From: a virus
Lineage: Duplodnaviria; Caudoviricetes
IMG/VR virus record: IMGVR_UViG_3300008259_003073
Direction: 5' to 3' (one strand)
Length of the DNA: 64,000 nt
The notes beneath the pieces were generated by a model that was not told the origin of the DNA, did not search any database, and was given only the letters and a program-made list of their open reading frames with translations. Both the position numbers and the translations under genes were made by a program. This document shows positions 47,543 through 57,715 of this stretch, piece after piece; position 1 is the stretch's first letter, and each line of letters starts with the position of its first letter.

Positions 47543-47572
47543 AAAAAAAGGGATAGAAATCTACCCCTTTTT
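47543..47572 (-). terminator. Rho-independent terminator after tail tube gene
   Basis: AAAGGGGTAG-ATTT-CTATCCCTTT (one G-U) followed by a T-run. Confidence 0.75.
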
Positions 47573-47599
47573 AATTATTTTAAAGTTTACAATTAAAGA

Positions 47600-48088
47600 T
47601 TAGTATTCAAGAATTGCGTAATCATAAGTTAAAGTTAATTCTATCGATAGTGGGTCGTTTGAAGCCCAATCCAATTCACCAAAGTTTGCTGAAGTGATAA
47701 ATGCTCCTTTTAAAGTCCATTGTTCAATCTTATCACCTACTGGTCCTAATAAGAAGAAGTTAATATCTTTCTTATAGAATGCCGCGTATCCATCTCTACC
47801 TGTTAGAGATTCGTGTGAACTTCTAACCCACTCCATTACTTGCTGTGCTCCAGATGGAACGATTGGGTCATAAAGAGAGATAGTAATATCATCCCAAGTG
47901 GATTTACCCTTAATCTTTCTTTTTACGTTGATGTGGTCTAGTTCAACTATTTCCGATGTGAAAGTTGGTCTACTAGCCGTTTTGATGATGTATGATTCAA
48001 TACCATTGATTTCCATAATAAATCTATTCCCCAATTTGGGTTCAAAATTTCTGTAGAACATCTTGTCAAACTCTAATATTTCTGGCAT
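47600..48088 (-). CDS. Tail tube protein (T4 gp19-like)
   Basis: NRFIMEI, RPTF, WDDITISLYDP, W-L-GAF, LTLTYDYA; follows the sheath gene. Confidence 0.92.
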   Translation of the reverse strand: MPEILEFDKMFYRNFEPKLGNRFIMEINGIESYIIKTASRPTFTSEIVELDHINVKRKIKGKSTWDDITISLYDPIVPSGAQQVMEWVRSSHESLTGRDGYAAFYKKDINFFLLGPVGDKIEQWTLKGAFITSANFGELDWASNDPLSIELTLTYDYAILEY

Positions 48089-48113
48089 CTTTTTTTTATT
48101 TAATTGTTTCTAA

Positions 48114-48122
48114 TATAAATAT
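48114..48122 (-). promoter_or_regulatory. Late-type motif ATATTTATA
   Basis: Exact 9-mer 25 nt upstream of the tube start. Confidence 0.5.
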
Positions 48123-48134
48123 CTAATTTCTAAA

Positions 48135-50369
48135 TTATCCGTTAAAACTTGCTCCAGTTGGTAAGATGTTGAAATCAATTTGAATGAATTCAGCGGTTTT
48201 AGTCGGTTGTAAGAAGATAGCTCCTGCTAATATGTTTCTATCAATTACATCAGGCGTATTGTTAGTATCATCCATCACTACTCTAAACGCGTAAAGTCCT
48301 TGTCTCTGTTGGATGCTATCCAAATATGGATTAACAATGTTTAAGAATCTGTTTCTAGTTTCAGAAGTATTTTGTTCAAACACTAAATATCTAGATGAAG
48401 ATGCGATATACTTTCTAACAGTCAACAACAATCTTCTTACGTTGATTCTATCCAATGCAGATGGTCTATCTTGCAATGTTTTTTGTCCGAATACTACAAT
48501 TCCTTGTCCAGGGAACTGAACGATTGGGTTTACTTTGTTTTCGTATAATGAATCTTTTTCGGATTGAGTTAAACGATTTTGAACACTTACTGCTCCAATT
48601 AAACCACCTCTATTCAAACCTGCTGGTGCAAACCATTCAGCTGCTACTCTATCGTTAGCCGCAAATACCCCAGGCAATAATACTGATGGTGGTACTGCGA
48701 TTAGTTTGTTAGTGTTAACATCGATTGTTTTAACCCAAGGGTAGTAAGTTGCTACCATATTTGAATCGATTGATTGTGCTTCTGTATTTGCTTGTCCAAT
48801 TGAATCACCATAAGCGGTTGTATCCAAAATGTAGAAACAATCATTTCGTTGCTCAACCATATCCAATACTGAAGTTGCTACTGAAGAGTGTAATCGTTTG
48901 ATAACACCTGGAGTTACAACCATATTGATGTCAAATTCATCTACATTTGATAATGCCGCGATATGTTTAGCGTATGCTGCTGAACCACTAGCATTTACTG
49001 TTGATAAGTTAAATCCTTGTGAGTTTCCTGCTGAAATATCTGCTCCTGTCAATATTGGAGTTGCTGGATTCATACCATCAAATCCTTCTTGGAATCCTAC
49101 AATGAATTGTGCCGAAGTTGAACCTACTGCTAATGTACCACCATTTGATGCATCTAATCCAAATACAGAGTTAGAACCTACACCTGCTCCAGTCGGAATT
49201 GGCTTTAAGTAGATATTGTTATCAGTATTACCATCTAAATTGATACCACCATATTGTGTTGCCGATGAAGTTAAGAATGTTACTGCAGGAATCAATGCTC
49301 CAACTGCTGCCGATGCGGATACTGGTAAAGTATACGCTGCGTGTCCGAATGGAACTGCTTGTACGGGAGCCGATGTATTTAAGTTAGCAATTCTAACATA
49401 TTTTGAATTACTTACCCAATCTCCAGATTCAGATATTTTACCCTCTGAATCAATTGATAATTTTCTATCACCGATTACTCTACTAATATAGTTAGGAGAA
49501 TTAGGGTCTAAATTTACATTTGAATAAGTTTCTAATACTACTTTTTTCTTATTTGTATCACCAAATTCTCTTACAACTACGGTGAATGTACCATAATCAG
49601 TACCATTTACAGAACCTGCTGCTTTAATATTTGTGATACCAATTTTTACTTTAGTATTTGCCGCATTACCTGCTCCGATTGTTTCAAATTGGAATAAGTT
49701 ATATCTATCACCAGAGATTACTTGAGATGTAATCATTGGTGTTAACGCCTCTTGCGCATCAAATGTAAAAAGTTGGTCACCCAATACAGTTACTGAAGAA
49801 GATGCACTGGAATTAAATGTTATAGAAGAATTTTTAAAGAATCCATACACATAAGGGTCTTTAGAACCAAACGCAGATGTTCCAAATACTGCTTCAATAT
49901 CGTTTGTATCGGTTACATCCAAAGAAGCAGATAGGTTTAATCCACTACCTCTTAATACGAAATCACCTGCTCCTGCATTAGAAGAAGTTAATTGTGCGTC
50001 TGCAAAACCTCCGTTTGCACTTCCTGAAGTATTGAATAAGATACCTAAAGATGCTGATACAGCTCCTGAAGTTGCAGTTAATAATAAAGGTGCTACTTCG
50101 GTATATCCTCCAACACCCCCAACTCTACAAATTGTAGCAGTTCCTGCCTCTCTTAAATAATTTTGTACGGCTAAAGGAGTAAGATATGTGCCATCTGCTG
50201 CTCCAAATAATTTTTCAAATTCTGCCTGTGAATTTACGATTGTAGGTACCAATGGTCCTTCTTTGAAAGGTCCGATAAATGCTGCTCCAATATCTGCTAC
50301 CCCTTGCTGTAAGAATGAAAGGTCATTTTCTTTTGTAAATACACCTGGTGATACTATTTTGTCTGCCAT
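48135..50369 (-). CDS. Tail sheath protein (T4 gp18-like)
   Basis: SPGVFTKEND, WFAPAGLNRG, LYENKVNPI, GQKTL, DRINVRRL, PTKTAEFI. Confidence 0.96.
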   Translation of the reverse strand: MADKIVSPGVFTKENDLSFLQQGVADIGAAFIGPFKEGPLVPTIVNSQAEFEKLFGAADGTYLTPLAVQNYLREAGTATICRVGGVGGYTEVAPLLLTATSGAVSASLGILFNTSGSANGGFADAQLTSSNAGAGDFVLRGSGLNLSASLDVTDTNDIEAVFGTSAFGSKDPYVYGFFKNSSITFNSSASSSVTVLGDQLFTFDAQEALTPMITSQVISGDRYNLFQFETIGAGNAANTKVKIGITNIKAAGSVNGTDYGTFTVVVREFGDTNKKKVVLETYSNVNLDPNSPNYISRVIGDRKLSIDSEGKISESGDWVSNSKYVRIANLNTSAPVQAVPFGHAAYTLPVSASAAVGALIPAVTFLTSSATQYGGINLDGNTDNNIYLKPIPTGAGVGSNSVFGLDASNGGTLAVGSTSAQFIVGFQEGFDGMNPATPILTGADISAGNSQGFNLSTVNASGSAAYAKHIAALSNVDEFDINMVVTPGVIKRLHSSVATSVLDMVEQRNDCFYILDTTAYGDSIGQANTEAQSIDSNMVATYYPWVKTIDVNTNKLIAVPPSVLLPGVFAANDRVAAEWFAPAGLNRGGLIGAVSVQNRLTQSEKDSLYENKVNPIVQFPGQGIVVFGQKTLQDRPSALDRINVRRLLLTVRKYIASSSRYLVFEQNTSETRNRFLNIVNPYLDSIQQRQGLYAFRVVMDDTNNTPDVIDRNILAGAIFLQPTKTAEFIQIDFNILPTGASFNG

Positions 50370-50402
50370 TTTATATACTAATTTAAAATTTTATTATCTC
50401 AT

Positions 50403-50411
50403 TATAAATAT
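50403..50411 (-). promoter_or_regulatory. Late-type motif ATATTTATA
   Basis: Exact 9-mer 33 nt upstream of the sheath start. Confidence 0.5.
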
Positions 50412-50437
50412 AAACTTTTATTTCAAAACAACAATTA

Positions 50438-52165
50438 TTACTTTAATGTTGTTGAGAAATGATTATATACCTGCGCTACTGATGTAGAATTCTGTAATAC
50501 ATTGTAGAATAATACGGCTTGGATACCTCCATTCCAAAATGTTGTTCTTGCACTATTACATCCAATTGTTACAAAGTTAGTAGAAGATGGAGCAGTAAAT
50601 GCTGATGAAGTGAATGTTCCTACTGAACTACCATCAACGTATATGGTACAAGTACCTGATGGTTGGAATGCTGCTGAAATTAAATAGTTTACCCCACTCG
50701 TTAATGATGTGGTTAATTGTGCACTATTTCCTAATGAACTACCATAAAACTTAACTCTATTTAATGTAGAATTATCAGTAGATTCGATTGCTAACCCATA
50801 AAATCCAGCATAATCAAAAATATGTCGCGATGCTACACCCAATGTTGTAGTTGGTCTAATCCAAACGTGGATTGTACCAGTATTTGTATTAAATTGTGAA
50901 TATCCACCATTAATGTTAGTTGTCGTATCTTTGTAGAAGAATTGGTTAGTTCCGTTAAATGTTACAAATGATGCTTTCTTATTTGCACCATTTGTAGATG
51001 TTGGATTACCACCCGTAATTCCCGCATCGTTTATAACACCTGCAGGTCTAACACCTGTATTATATCCACTCAAATCTAACCAGTCTGCTGCTGCAGAACC
51101 TGAATTATAAGATGCCGTTTTATATTGGTCAACATATAATCTTAATCCTGAAGATGGAATATATGGTTGTGTAGTTGTTCCTTTGTTATGAGATATGATA
51201 CCGTTTGCCAAATAAACGTCAGCATTTTCCACATTAAGTGTTACGATTTCAACATCTTCAATTATTACTTCAATATCAGTAATTTCTACCTCATTTAAAC
51301 CAGTTACCGAATCGTATGTTACTACTAAATCACCAATTAATACATCTTCGATATTCTTAAAACGATATTTTTCGATTTCAGAATCCCAAACCCAAAGAGG
51401 GTGAGTTCCAGTTGCTTTTATCAATCCACCATTTAAATCGTAATATCCACTTGCAAAGTTAAATACAATATCTGCTACATTTACTTCTTGATATGAACCA
51501 GATTGATTTTCTAACATATAGAATCTCCAATCAACTTGGTCTGATTCTGGATCCTGGTCTTCATCAGGTAAACCATCAGGTACCCATGCTTTAATAGTAT
51601 CACCTACTGAAAGGTCTTCTACATTTACAAGAGTTCCATCTGCTTTAGTTATTTTTGTTCCAAATAGTAAACAGAAATCTGGTTGGTTAATTGTATTATA
51701 AACATCTACTGCAAATAGGGTTTTGGTAGATGGTGTGTTATATCCAGTTGCTGCCAAATTATAACCATCGGCATAATTTAAAGTCAATACTGAAGATGCT
51801 TCCGAATATGTTGATTGTGCAATAGATGCAGGTGTAATTGGAAATGACGGAGATGCACCTAATGTTGGAGAACCTACTGAAAAGTTTGCGTTATTAAAAG
51901 ATGCAGTATAATTTGCAGCTACACTACCTACTTTCGAACCATGTAATGAACCCGCTGTCCCAAATGAGAATGTTGCGGTTTCTGTTGTAGATTCTACTAT
52001 ATAAGTAAAAGTTGGCAAATTTGGCGTTACGGAGTCTATTGCGAATGAAGTTAGTGAACTATTCGAAGCTCCACCTGATAACCCTCCCAATGAAACTGCT
52101 CCGGCTCTGTTTGAACCACTAACCGCTCTAAATAAATTTCCTAATGATAAATTAGTTCTTGGCAT
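50438..52165 (-). CDS. Structural protein with internal Hint (intein-like) domain and C-terminal LamG/ConA-like domain
   Basis: Hint from CLLFGTKI to SHN; C-terminal WLDLSG...FNGTNQ...HVWIRP...IYVDG...YNVLQ. Confidence 0.8.
   Translation of the reverse strand: MPRTNLSLGNLFRAVSGSNRAGAVSLGGLSGGASNSSLTSFAIDSVTPNLPTFTYIVESTTETATFSFGTAGSLHGSKVGSVAANYTASFNNANFSVGSPTLGASPSFPITPASIAQSTYSEASSVLTLNYADGYNLAATGYNTPSTKTLFAVDVYNTINQPDFCLLFGTKITKADGTLVNVEDLSVGDTIKAWVPDGLPDEDQDPESDQVDWRFYMLENQSGSYQEVNVADIVFNFASGYYDLNGGLIKATGTHPLWVWDSEIEKYRFKNIEDVLIGDLVVTYDSVTGLNEVEITDIEVIIEDVEIVTLNVENADVYLANGIISHNKGTTTQPYIPSSGLRLYVDQYKTASYNSGSAAADWLDLSGYNTGVRPAGVINDAGITGGNPTSTNGANKKASFVTFNGTNQFFYKDTTTNINGGYSQFNTNTGTIHVWIRPTTTLGVASRHIFDYAGFYGLAIESTDNSTLNRVKFYGSSLGNSAQLTTSLTSGVNYLISAAFQPSGTCTIYVDGSSVGTFTSSAFTAPSSTNFVTIGCNSARTTFWNGGIQAVLFYNVLQNSTSVAQVYNHFSTTLK
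51185..51673 (-). other. Hint domain (bacterial intein-like), 163 aa, no homing endonuclease
   Basis: Cys1 codon at 51671-51673, block B TGTHPLW, block F VTLNVE, terminal His-Asn, then Lys. Confidence 0.85.
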
Positions 52166-52176
52166 ATTCGTATGTA

Positions 52177-53175
52177 TTATTCTCCGTTATAAATATCTAA
52201 AAGTTTTTCTTTCCATACTTCTTTGTTTGAAAAGTGGTTTATCATCCAACTTTTAAGTTTTTCAAATTCTGTTTTACGGGTTTCGTAATCATCGTTACAA
52301 ATCGTTTGGTAGGTCTGCTTAAATGTTTCCGCATCACTAGCTTTGTATTTGTAGTCAAGTGGAACATGCCAGTCTTCATGTAATATGGGAAGCTTACCCC
52401 AATCCACTGCCTCAAATATACCGTATCCGAAGGGTTCGTACTCAAAACAAGAATGAGAGATTCCCCAATCAAGTCCATAGAACCTTTCTTTAAATTTGTA
52501 ATCAAATTTGTAAACCTTTGACTTTTCGAATTTGAAGCCATATTTCTTTTTATAGTATTTGTTGAATGTTTCTGAATTTGTAGAAATAAATCCACCCAAA
52601 CCATCCATATATTCAACATTCTTTCTACCTTCTACTCTTGCGGCATATCCTATCTCAATAGATTTAGAAAGTTCTTTATTTTGTGTAAATTCATATACAT
52701 TTGGAATGTGATATAAATTTTCTGTTTCGTATGGAAAATGGTATAATCCTACCCAAACTTTATTTTTAATTTTATTAATTAATTCACTTTCGTATTCCCA
52801 ATTACCATACCAATGAAGATATTCATCTTTCTCCATTTGTGCCAATAAAGACACTTTTGTTAAATTGTGGAAAATAATCGAATCAATTTTTTCCAAATTT
52901 TGATGTATAGCTCTGGTTGGAGTGTAATGACCATGTAATATGTGAATACGTCTAGCACTATCTAATATTTTTATAATTTCATCTTCAGATGTTTCCCAAA
53001 TATGTTCAATATCAATAGGGAATTCTTCGTAATTTTGGGGTTTATGTCTATGGAAAAGAAGAAGTGGCTTCACTTCTAAATGAGGAGCCACTTCTTTTAT
53101 CCATTCGGTTACCCACATATCAGCACCGCTATTGAACCAAGGACCTCCAGCGGTGGTGTAGTACACATCATACAT
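52177..53175 (-). CDS. GT-B (GT4-like) glycosyltransferase inside the tail module
   Basis: SGADMW, AARVEGRKN, YEPFGYGIFEA. Confidence 0.75.
   Translation of the reverse strand: MYDVYYTTAGGPWFNSGADMWVTEWIKEVAPHLEVKPLLLFHRHKPQNYEEFPIDIEHIWETSEDEIIKILDSARRIHILHGHYTPTRAIHQNLEKIDSIIFHNLTKVSLLAQMEKDEYLHWYGNWEYESELINKIKNKVWVGLYHFPYETENLYHIPNVYEFTQNKELSKSIEIGYAARVEGRKNVEYMDGLGGFISTNSETFNKYYKKKYGFKFEKSKVYKFDYKFKERFYGLDWGISHSCFEYEPFGYGIFEAVDWGKLPILHEDWHVPLDYKYKASDAETFKQTYQTICNDDYETRKTEFEKLKSWMINHFSNKEVWKEKLLDIYNGE
52188..52196 (-). promoter_or_regulatory. Late-type motif ATATTTATA
   Basis: Exact 9-mer 22 nt upstream of 52165, inside the end of the upstream gene. Confidence 0.45.
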
Positions 53176-53178
53176 TGA

Positions 53179-56049
53179 TTATAAACCTTTGTTATTTCTA
53201 CAATTATTTAAATCTATTCTTAATTGCTCTATTTGTAATTGTTGTTCTTTAATACCTTCAATTAGTAATGCTACTAACTTATCGTATTTAACTGCTTTGA
53301 ATCCACTTTCTCTCGTCTGAACTAATTGTGGTAATACTGCTTCAATTTCTTGTGCAATTACACCCACATCGTTTCCTTCGTATCCGTGCTCAACTTTATT
53401 TTCTTCTTTCCAATCGTAAGTGTTACCACTAATCTTTCTGATTTTGTCGATTGCGTTTTCAATTGGTTTGATGTTTTCTTTGAAACGAATATCAGAAGAT
53501 GAGAATGCTACAACATCATTTGCCGCATCAATTCTACCAGCGGTAGCGGATGCTGTCATACCAATACCCAATGAGTTGAATTGTACGTTAGATGATGTTG
53601 CTACTGCTTGTCCGATTGCAATTGTTGGGGTTGCTCCCTCACCACTATTATTTGTAATAGTAACACCAGTTCCTTGTACCAAAGATGCTACATAATCACC
53701 CGTTGTATCAGTGCCCAATGCAACTTGATTTGCCGCTACCGTAGTTGCAAATGAAACATTACCTAAATTTGTAATAGTTCCTGTACCAGTTACATCACCA
53801 GTTAAAGTGATTGTAATATCAGTACCTTCCAAATTACTTAATCTTGTTAATGCAGAAGAACTAAATGCTTCTAAATTAGCAGTTTCAACTTCCAATACAC
53901 CTAATCTAGTGATTGCAGAACCACTTGCAGTTGATAATTGGTCTAATCTACTCGTTTGTGTAGTGTTAGTCGTATCATTTGATGCGGTGTATGAGTTTAA
54001 TGAACTCAATATGCCGATTACTTGCGATGAACCACTAACAACCGTTTCTGCATTTAATCTTGTCTTAATTGTTGTATTAATAGAAGATGTAAATAATTCT
54101 AAATTAGCAGCTTCAACTTCTAATGCCGATAATCTAGTTAATGCAGAAGAACTAAATGATTCTAAATTAGCAGTTTCAATTAGTAAACTCGCAGTTGTGG
54201 AGTTTACATTTGAATTAAATACTGAAATATCAACTCCATCAACTGTTCCTGATATTGTTATACTACCAGTTACTGCTACATTTGAACCCAATGAAATTGT
54301 AGTTCCATCATCAAATATATTTGAATCTACGATATGCTCTTTACCAGTTCCTTTTACTAATCTATTATTTGTTAAGTAAGTTTCATTACCTAAATTATTA
54401 TAAGTTTCAGGACCCATCAATAGAACCGATGATGTTGTATCAGTTCCATTTCCTCTGTGAATAAATAGAAGTTCGTCTTGTACCGCATCGTATAGGAATG
54501 AACCAGAACCACCAGATGAACCACTGTCTATAATTTGTAATCCTGCAAATCTAGATGATGGAGTTGCTGTATTTAATGTTACAATTGATGCTCCAATTAC
54601 TAAATTTGAAGAACTAATAGTTTGAATTGATGAAGAACCTAATACAATTAAATCTTCTGTTACAGTCAATGAACCACTAACAGTTTGAGAACCGTTAAAT
54701 GTATTTGTTGAATTTGTTCTTGCAAAAGTCCCACTAACTGCCTCATTTGCTGCAACTCTTTGTGTTAAACTTGCAGTTGTAGAGTTTAAGTTTGTTATTG
54801 AAATATCTTGTGAGTCATTTGTAGTTTTAGCAGCTGATGCCGAACTAATTAATGAACCTGTGATAGTTGCTAATGCACTATTTTGAGTTAATTGCGAACC
54901 ACTAAAATTATTTAAATTTGATACTGAAATATTTAAACTAGCGGTAGTTGATTCTAAATTAGTTAATCTACCATCTTGTGAGTCATTTGTAGTTTTAGCA
55001 GCTGATGCTGAACTAATTAATGAACCACTTATTGTTGATAAAGCAGTATCAAATGCGGAAAATCCAGTTGTTGATTGTAAAGTTACTTGAGATGAACCAC
55101 TTACAACCCCATTTGTTGCTGCAATGGAACCAGTGATGTTTGCACGAATTGAGCCCGATATTTCAACTACCGAACCACTATTACCTATAGTAATAAACTC
55201 ACTATTATATGCTCCAATTTGTACATAATCACCATATACTAATGCTTGTGATTGTCCATTTTTTAAATCTTGGACAGATACATTTGCTGTATTGCCACCA
55301 AGTACCCCTCCCGAAGGATATGCCTGCATATGTGCTCTGAATGGTGATACATTTAATTCCGCACCATAAGTTGGATTAGAATCATTATCAAAAGAATGTA
55401 TTTGTAAAGAATGTTCGTATGTATCCGTACCATCATTCCAATGTTCAATTGCAATACCAATACCTTCATAAGGTCTGCCATTAGATGCAGTAAATGGTGC
55501 AAGTCTTAAAAAGTGTGACTCGCTTCCTACTGATGGCCATCCTCTTGTAAATTCTATATTAGAACCACTTGCAATCAATGAACCAGTTATACTTACACCG
55601 TTTGAAAAGTTTTGAGAACCATCTGCATTAGCAGATAATGTAGATATAACTGTATTATTTGCTACAAATTTAATAGAGCCTGTTGAAACATACAAATCTC
55701 TCCAAACTTTAGTAGCAGAACCTAAATCAAATGCATTTGTAGTTTGTGGGATAAGTGAAGAACTTAAAGATGCTACAACATTTACAGTATCTGCAGTTGC
55801 ATCACCAATTGTAATAGCTCCACCAATTGTTACGTTACCTCCAATGTTTGCGTTGCCAGTAATATCCAATCCAGAACCTGAAATAGGTCCGAAATTTCCT
55901 GTGCTACCTGTACCACCTGCTGATAAAACGATGTCTCCGTTTGGACCACCGACTAATAGAGTTCCTAATGTTGTGTTTACGAATGGTTCTCCGAATGCTA
56001 ACGAACCTGATTGTTGTGCGGTTGTCCCACGTCTAAATTTAAGTGCCAT
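53179..56049 (-). CDS. Tail fibre with C-terminal peptidase S74-type intramolecular chaperone
   Basis: MALKFRRG start, S/G/T-rich shaft, SSDIRFKENIKPI, GVIAQE, VKYDKL, terminal coiled coil. Confidence 0.88.
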   Translation of the reverse strand: MALKFRRGTTAQQSGSLAFGEPFVNTTLGTLLVGGPNGDIVLSAGGTGSTGNFGPISGSGLDITGNANIGGNVTIGGAITIGDATADTVNVVASLSSSLIPQTTNAFDLGSATKVWRDLYVSTGSIKFVANNTVISTLSANADGSQNFSNGVSITGSLIASGSNIEFTRGWPSVGSESHFLRLAPFTASNGRPYEGIGIAIEHWNDGTDTYEHSLQIHSFDNDSNPTYGAELNVSPFRAHMQAYPSGGVLGGNTANVSVQDLKNGQSQALVYGDYVQIGAYNSEFITIGNSGSVVEISGSIRANITGSIAATNGVVSGSSQVTLQSTTGFSAFDTALSTISGSLISSASAAKTTNDSQDGRLTNLESTTASLNISVSNLNNFSGSQLTQNSALATITGSLISSASAAKTTNDSQDISITNLNSTTASLTQRVAANEAVSGTFARTNSTNTFNGSQTVSGSLTVTEDLIVLGSSSIQTISSSNLVIGASIVTLNTATPSSRFAGLQIIDSGSSGGSGSFLYDAVQDELLFIHRGNGTDTTSSVLLMGPETYNNLGNETYLTNNRLVKGTGKEHIVDSNIFDDGTTISLGSNVAVTGSITISGTVDGVDISVFNSNVNSTTASLLIETANLESFSSSALTRLSALEVEAANLELFTSSINTTIKTRLNAETVVSGSSQVIGILSSLNSYTASNDTTNTTQTSRLDQLSTASGSAITRLGVLEVETANLEAFSSSALTRLSNLEGTDITITLTGDVTGTGTITNLGNVSFATTVAANQVALGTDTTGDYVASLVQGTGVTITNNSGEGATPTIAIGQAVATSSNVQFNSLGIGMTASATAGRIDAANDVVAFSSSDIRFKENIKPIENAIDKIRKISGNTYDWKEENKVEHGYEGNDVGVIAQEIEAVLPQLVQTRESGFKAVKYDKLVALLIEGIKEQQLQIEQLRIDLNNCRNNKGL

Positions 56050-56096
56050 CTAGTTTACCTTTTTTTTAGTACGTTAATAAAATTATTATGTATGTG

Positions 56097-56105
56097 TATA
56101 AATAT
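56097..56105 (-). promoter_or_regulatory. Late-type motif ATATTTATA
   Basis: Exact 9-mer 47 nt upstream of 56049. Confidence 0.45.
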
Positions 56106-57701
56106 CTATTTATTTTCCAATACTTTAATTTTAGCTGATAATTCTTTGATTGCCTCAATTAGTAATGGAACTATTTTTTCATATTGAACTGCTTTAAATC
56201 CGTTATCTCTATTTGTTACAATTTGTGGAAGTATTTGTTCAATTTCTTGTGCAATTACCCCAACATCATTTCCTTTATGAGAATGAACTACATCATATCC
56301 CTCTTTCCAATCGTAAGTGTTACCACTAATTGATTCAACTTTTTCTAATGCATTTTGAATTGGTTGGATATTTTCTTTTAATCTAATATCAGATGAATAA
56401 AATGCAGTAATATCTCCAGTTGCTCTAATCTCACCAGTAGTTGTTGATGCGGCAGTTCCTATACCCAATGAATTGAATTGTGGATTTGCATCGGTTTTTA
56501 TACTCTGTGCTAATGTCAATGTTACATCTGCACTTTCCAATCCGGAACCCGCAGCAGTTAAACCATTAGAAGTATTGCCCGTAATAGTTTGAACATAATT
56601 ACCAGATGTTCTCGTTCCTAATGCAATATCACCCGTTGTGGATGCTACATTGATTTGAGATGAACCAGAAACAACACCATCCGTATTTAATTTATCTTTA
56701 ATAGTTGTATTAATGGATGATGTAAATGTATTTAAACTCCCAGTCGAAGTTTCTAATAAACCTAATCTAGTATTTGCTGATGATGTAAATGTTTCTATAT
56801 TTGTTATAGAAATTTTAGCAGAAGCAGAAAATGTATTTAATTCAGTTAAAATTGATATTATTTGAGATGAACCCGATACAATCCCCGCAGGTATATTTGA
56901 TAAATTAGGATACGAAACTTGTGATGAACCAGATACTAATGTAGTTCCAGTTGCGTAAAATGTTCCGTTTACAACCGAATTTGACCCAAGAGTTATTAAA
57001 GTTCCAGTATCAGTGATATTTGAATCATTGAGGTGTTCTTTACCACTTCCTTTTGGTACTCTATTATTTGTAAGATAGGTTTCATTTCCTAAATCATCGT
57101 ATGTTTCAGGTCCTAATAGGAAATGGGATGATGTTACATTTGTTCCATTACCTCTGTGTACAAATATGAATTCATCTTGAAGTGCATCATATAGGAATGA
57201 ACCAGATTGTCCTGCGGAACCACTATCGATTACTGCAATACCACCAAATCTTACCGATGGTTGATTTACTGCTACAGTAATTAAATTAGTTCCAATATCT
57301 AAAGTAGATGAACTAATATGTTGTATAGATGATGAACCCAAAACTACAAAATCTTGAGTTACAGTTAATGAACCACTAATTATTTGATTATCAGTAAATG
57401 TATTTACCGCAGCTAATCTTGCAAAACTAGATGTTAATTGAGAAGAACCCGAAACTACACCTTCTGGAAGATTTGAACTAACGCTTCCTATTTGTAATTG
57501 AGTCCAACCATTTGAATTTCCAACATTTGTGGTATCAGTCAATACCCATATTGTGTTACTATCTTGTTGAAAAACTAGTAACCCTTCATATACATTAGCA
57601 GATGATAAAGCGTAACGGGCAGTCTGGTCCGCTAATGTTATTCTAGCATCAACGGGTTCGTTGTTAGTTATGTTAAATCCACCAGGTAATATAATTGCCA
57701 T
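56106..57701 (-). CDS. Tail fibre with C-terminal S74-type chaperone (paralogue of 53179..56049)
   Basis: SSDIRLKENIQPI, GVIAQE, VQYEKI; shares a long shaft segment with the neighbour. Confidence 0.88.
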   Translation of the reverse strand: MAIILPGGFNITNNEPVDARITLADQTARYALSSANVYEGLLVFQQDSNTIWVLTDTTNVGNSNGWTQLQIGSVSSNLPEGVVSGSSQLTSSFARLAAVNTFTDNQIISGSLTVTQDFVVLGSSSIQHISSSTLDIGTNLITVAVNQPSVRFGGIAVIDSGSAGQSGSFLYDALQDEFIFVHRGNGTNVTSSHFLLGPETYDDLGNETYLTNNRVPKGSGKEHLNDSNITDTGTLITLGSNSVVNGTFYATGTTLVSGSSQVSYPNLSNIPAGIVSGSSQIISILTELNTFSASAKISITNIETFTSSANTRLGLLETSTGSLNTFTSSINTTIKDKLNTDGVVSGSSQINVASTTGDIALGTRTSGNYVQTITGNTSNGLTAAGSGLESADVTLTLAQSIKTDANPQFNSLGIGTAASTTTGEIRATGDITAFYSSDIRLKENIQPIQNALEKVESISGNTYDWKEGYDVVHSHKGNDVGVIAQEIEQILPQIVTNRDNGFKAVQYEKIVPLLIEAIKELSAKIKVLENK

Positions 57702-57715
57702 TTCTTATTTTTATT

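Noticed and set aside
51185-51673. Canonical selfish intein
   Set aside because: No homing endonuclease, +1 residue is Lys, and the host protein is structural; reported as a BIL-type Hint instead.
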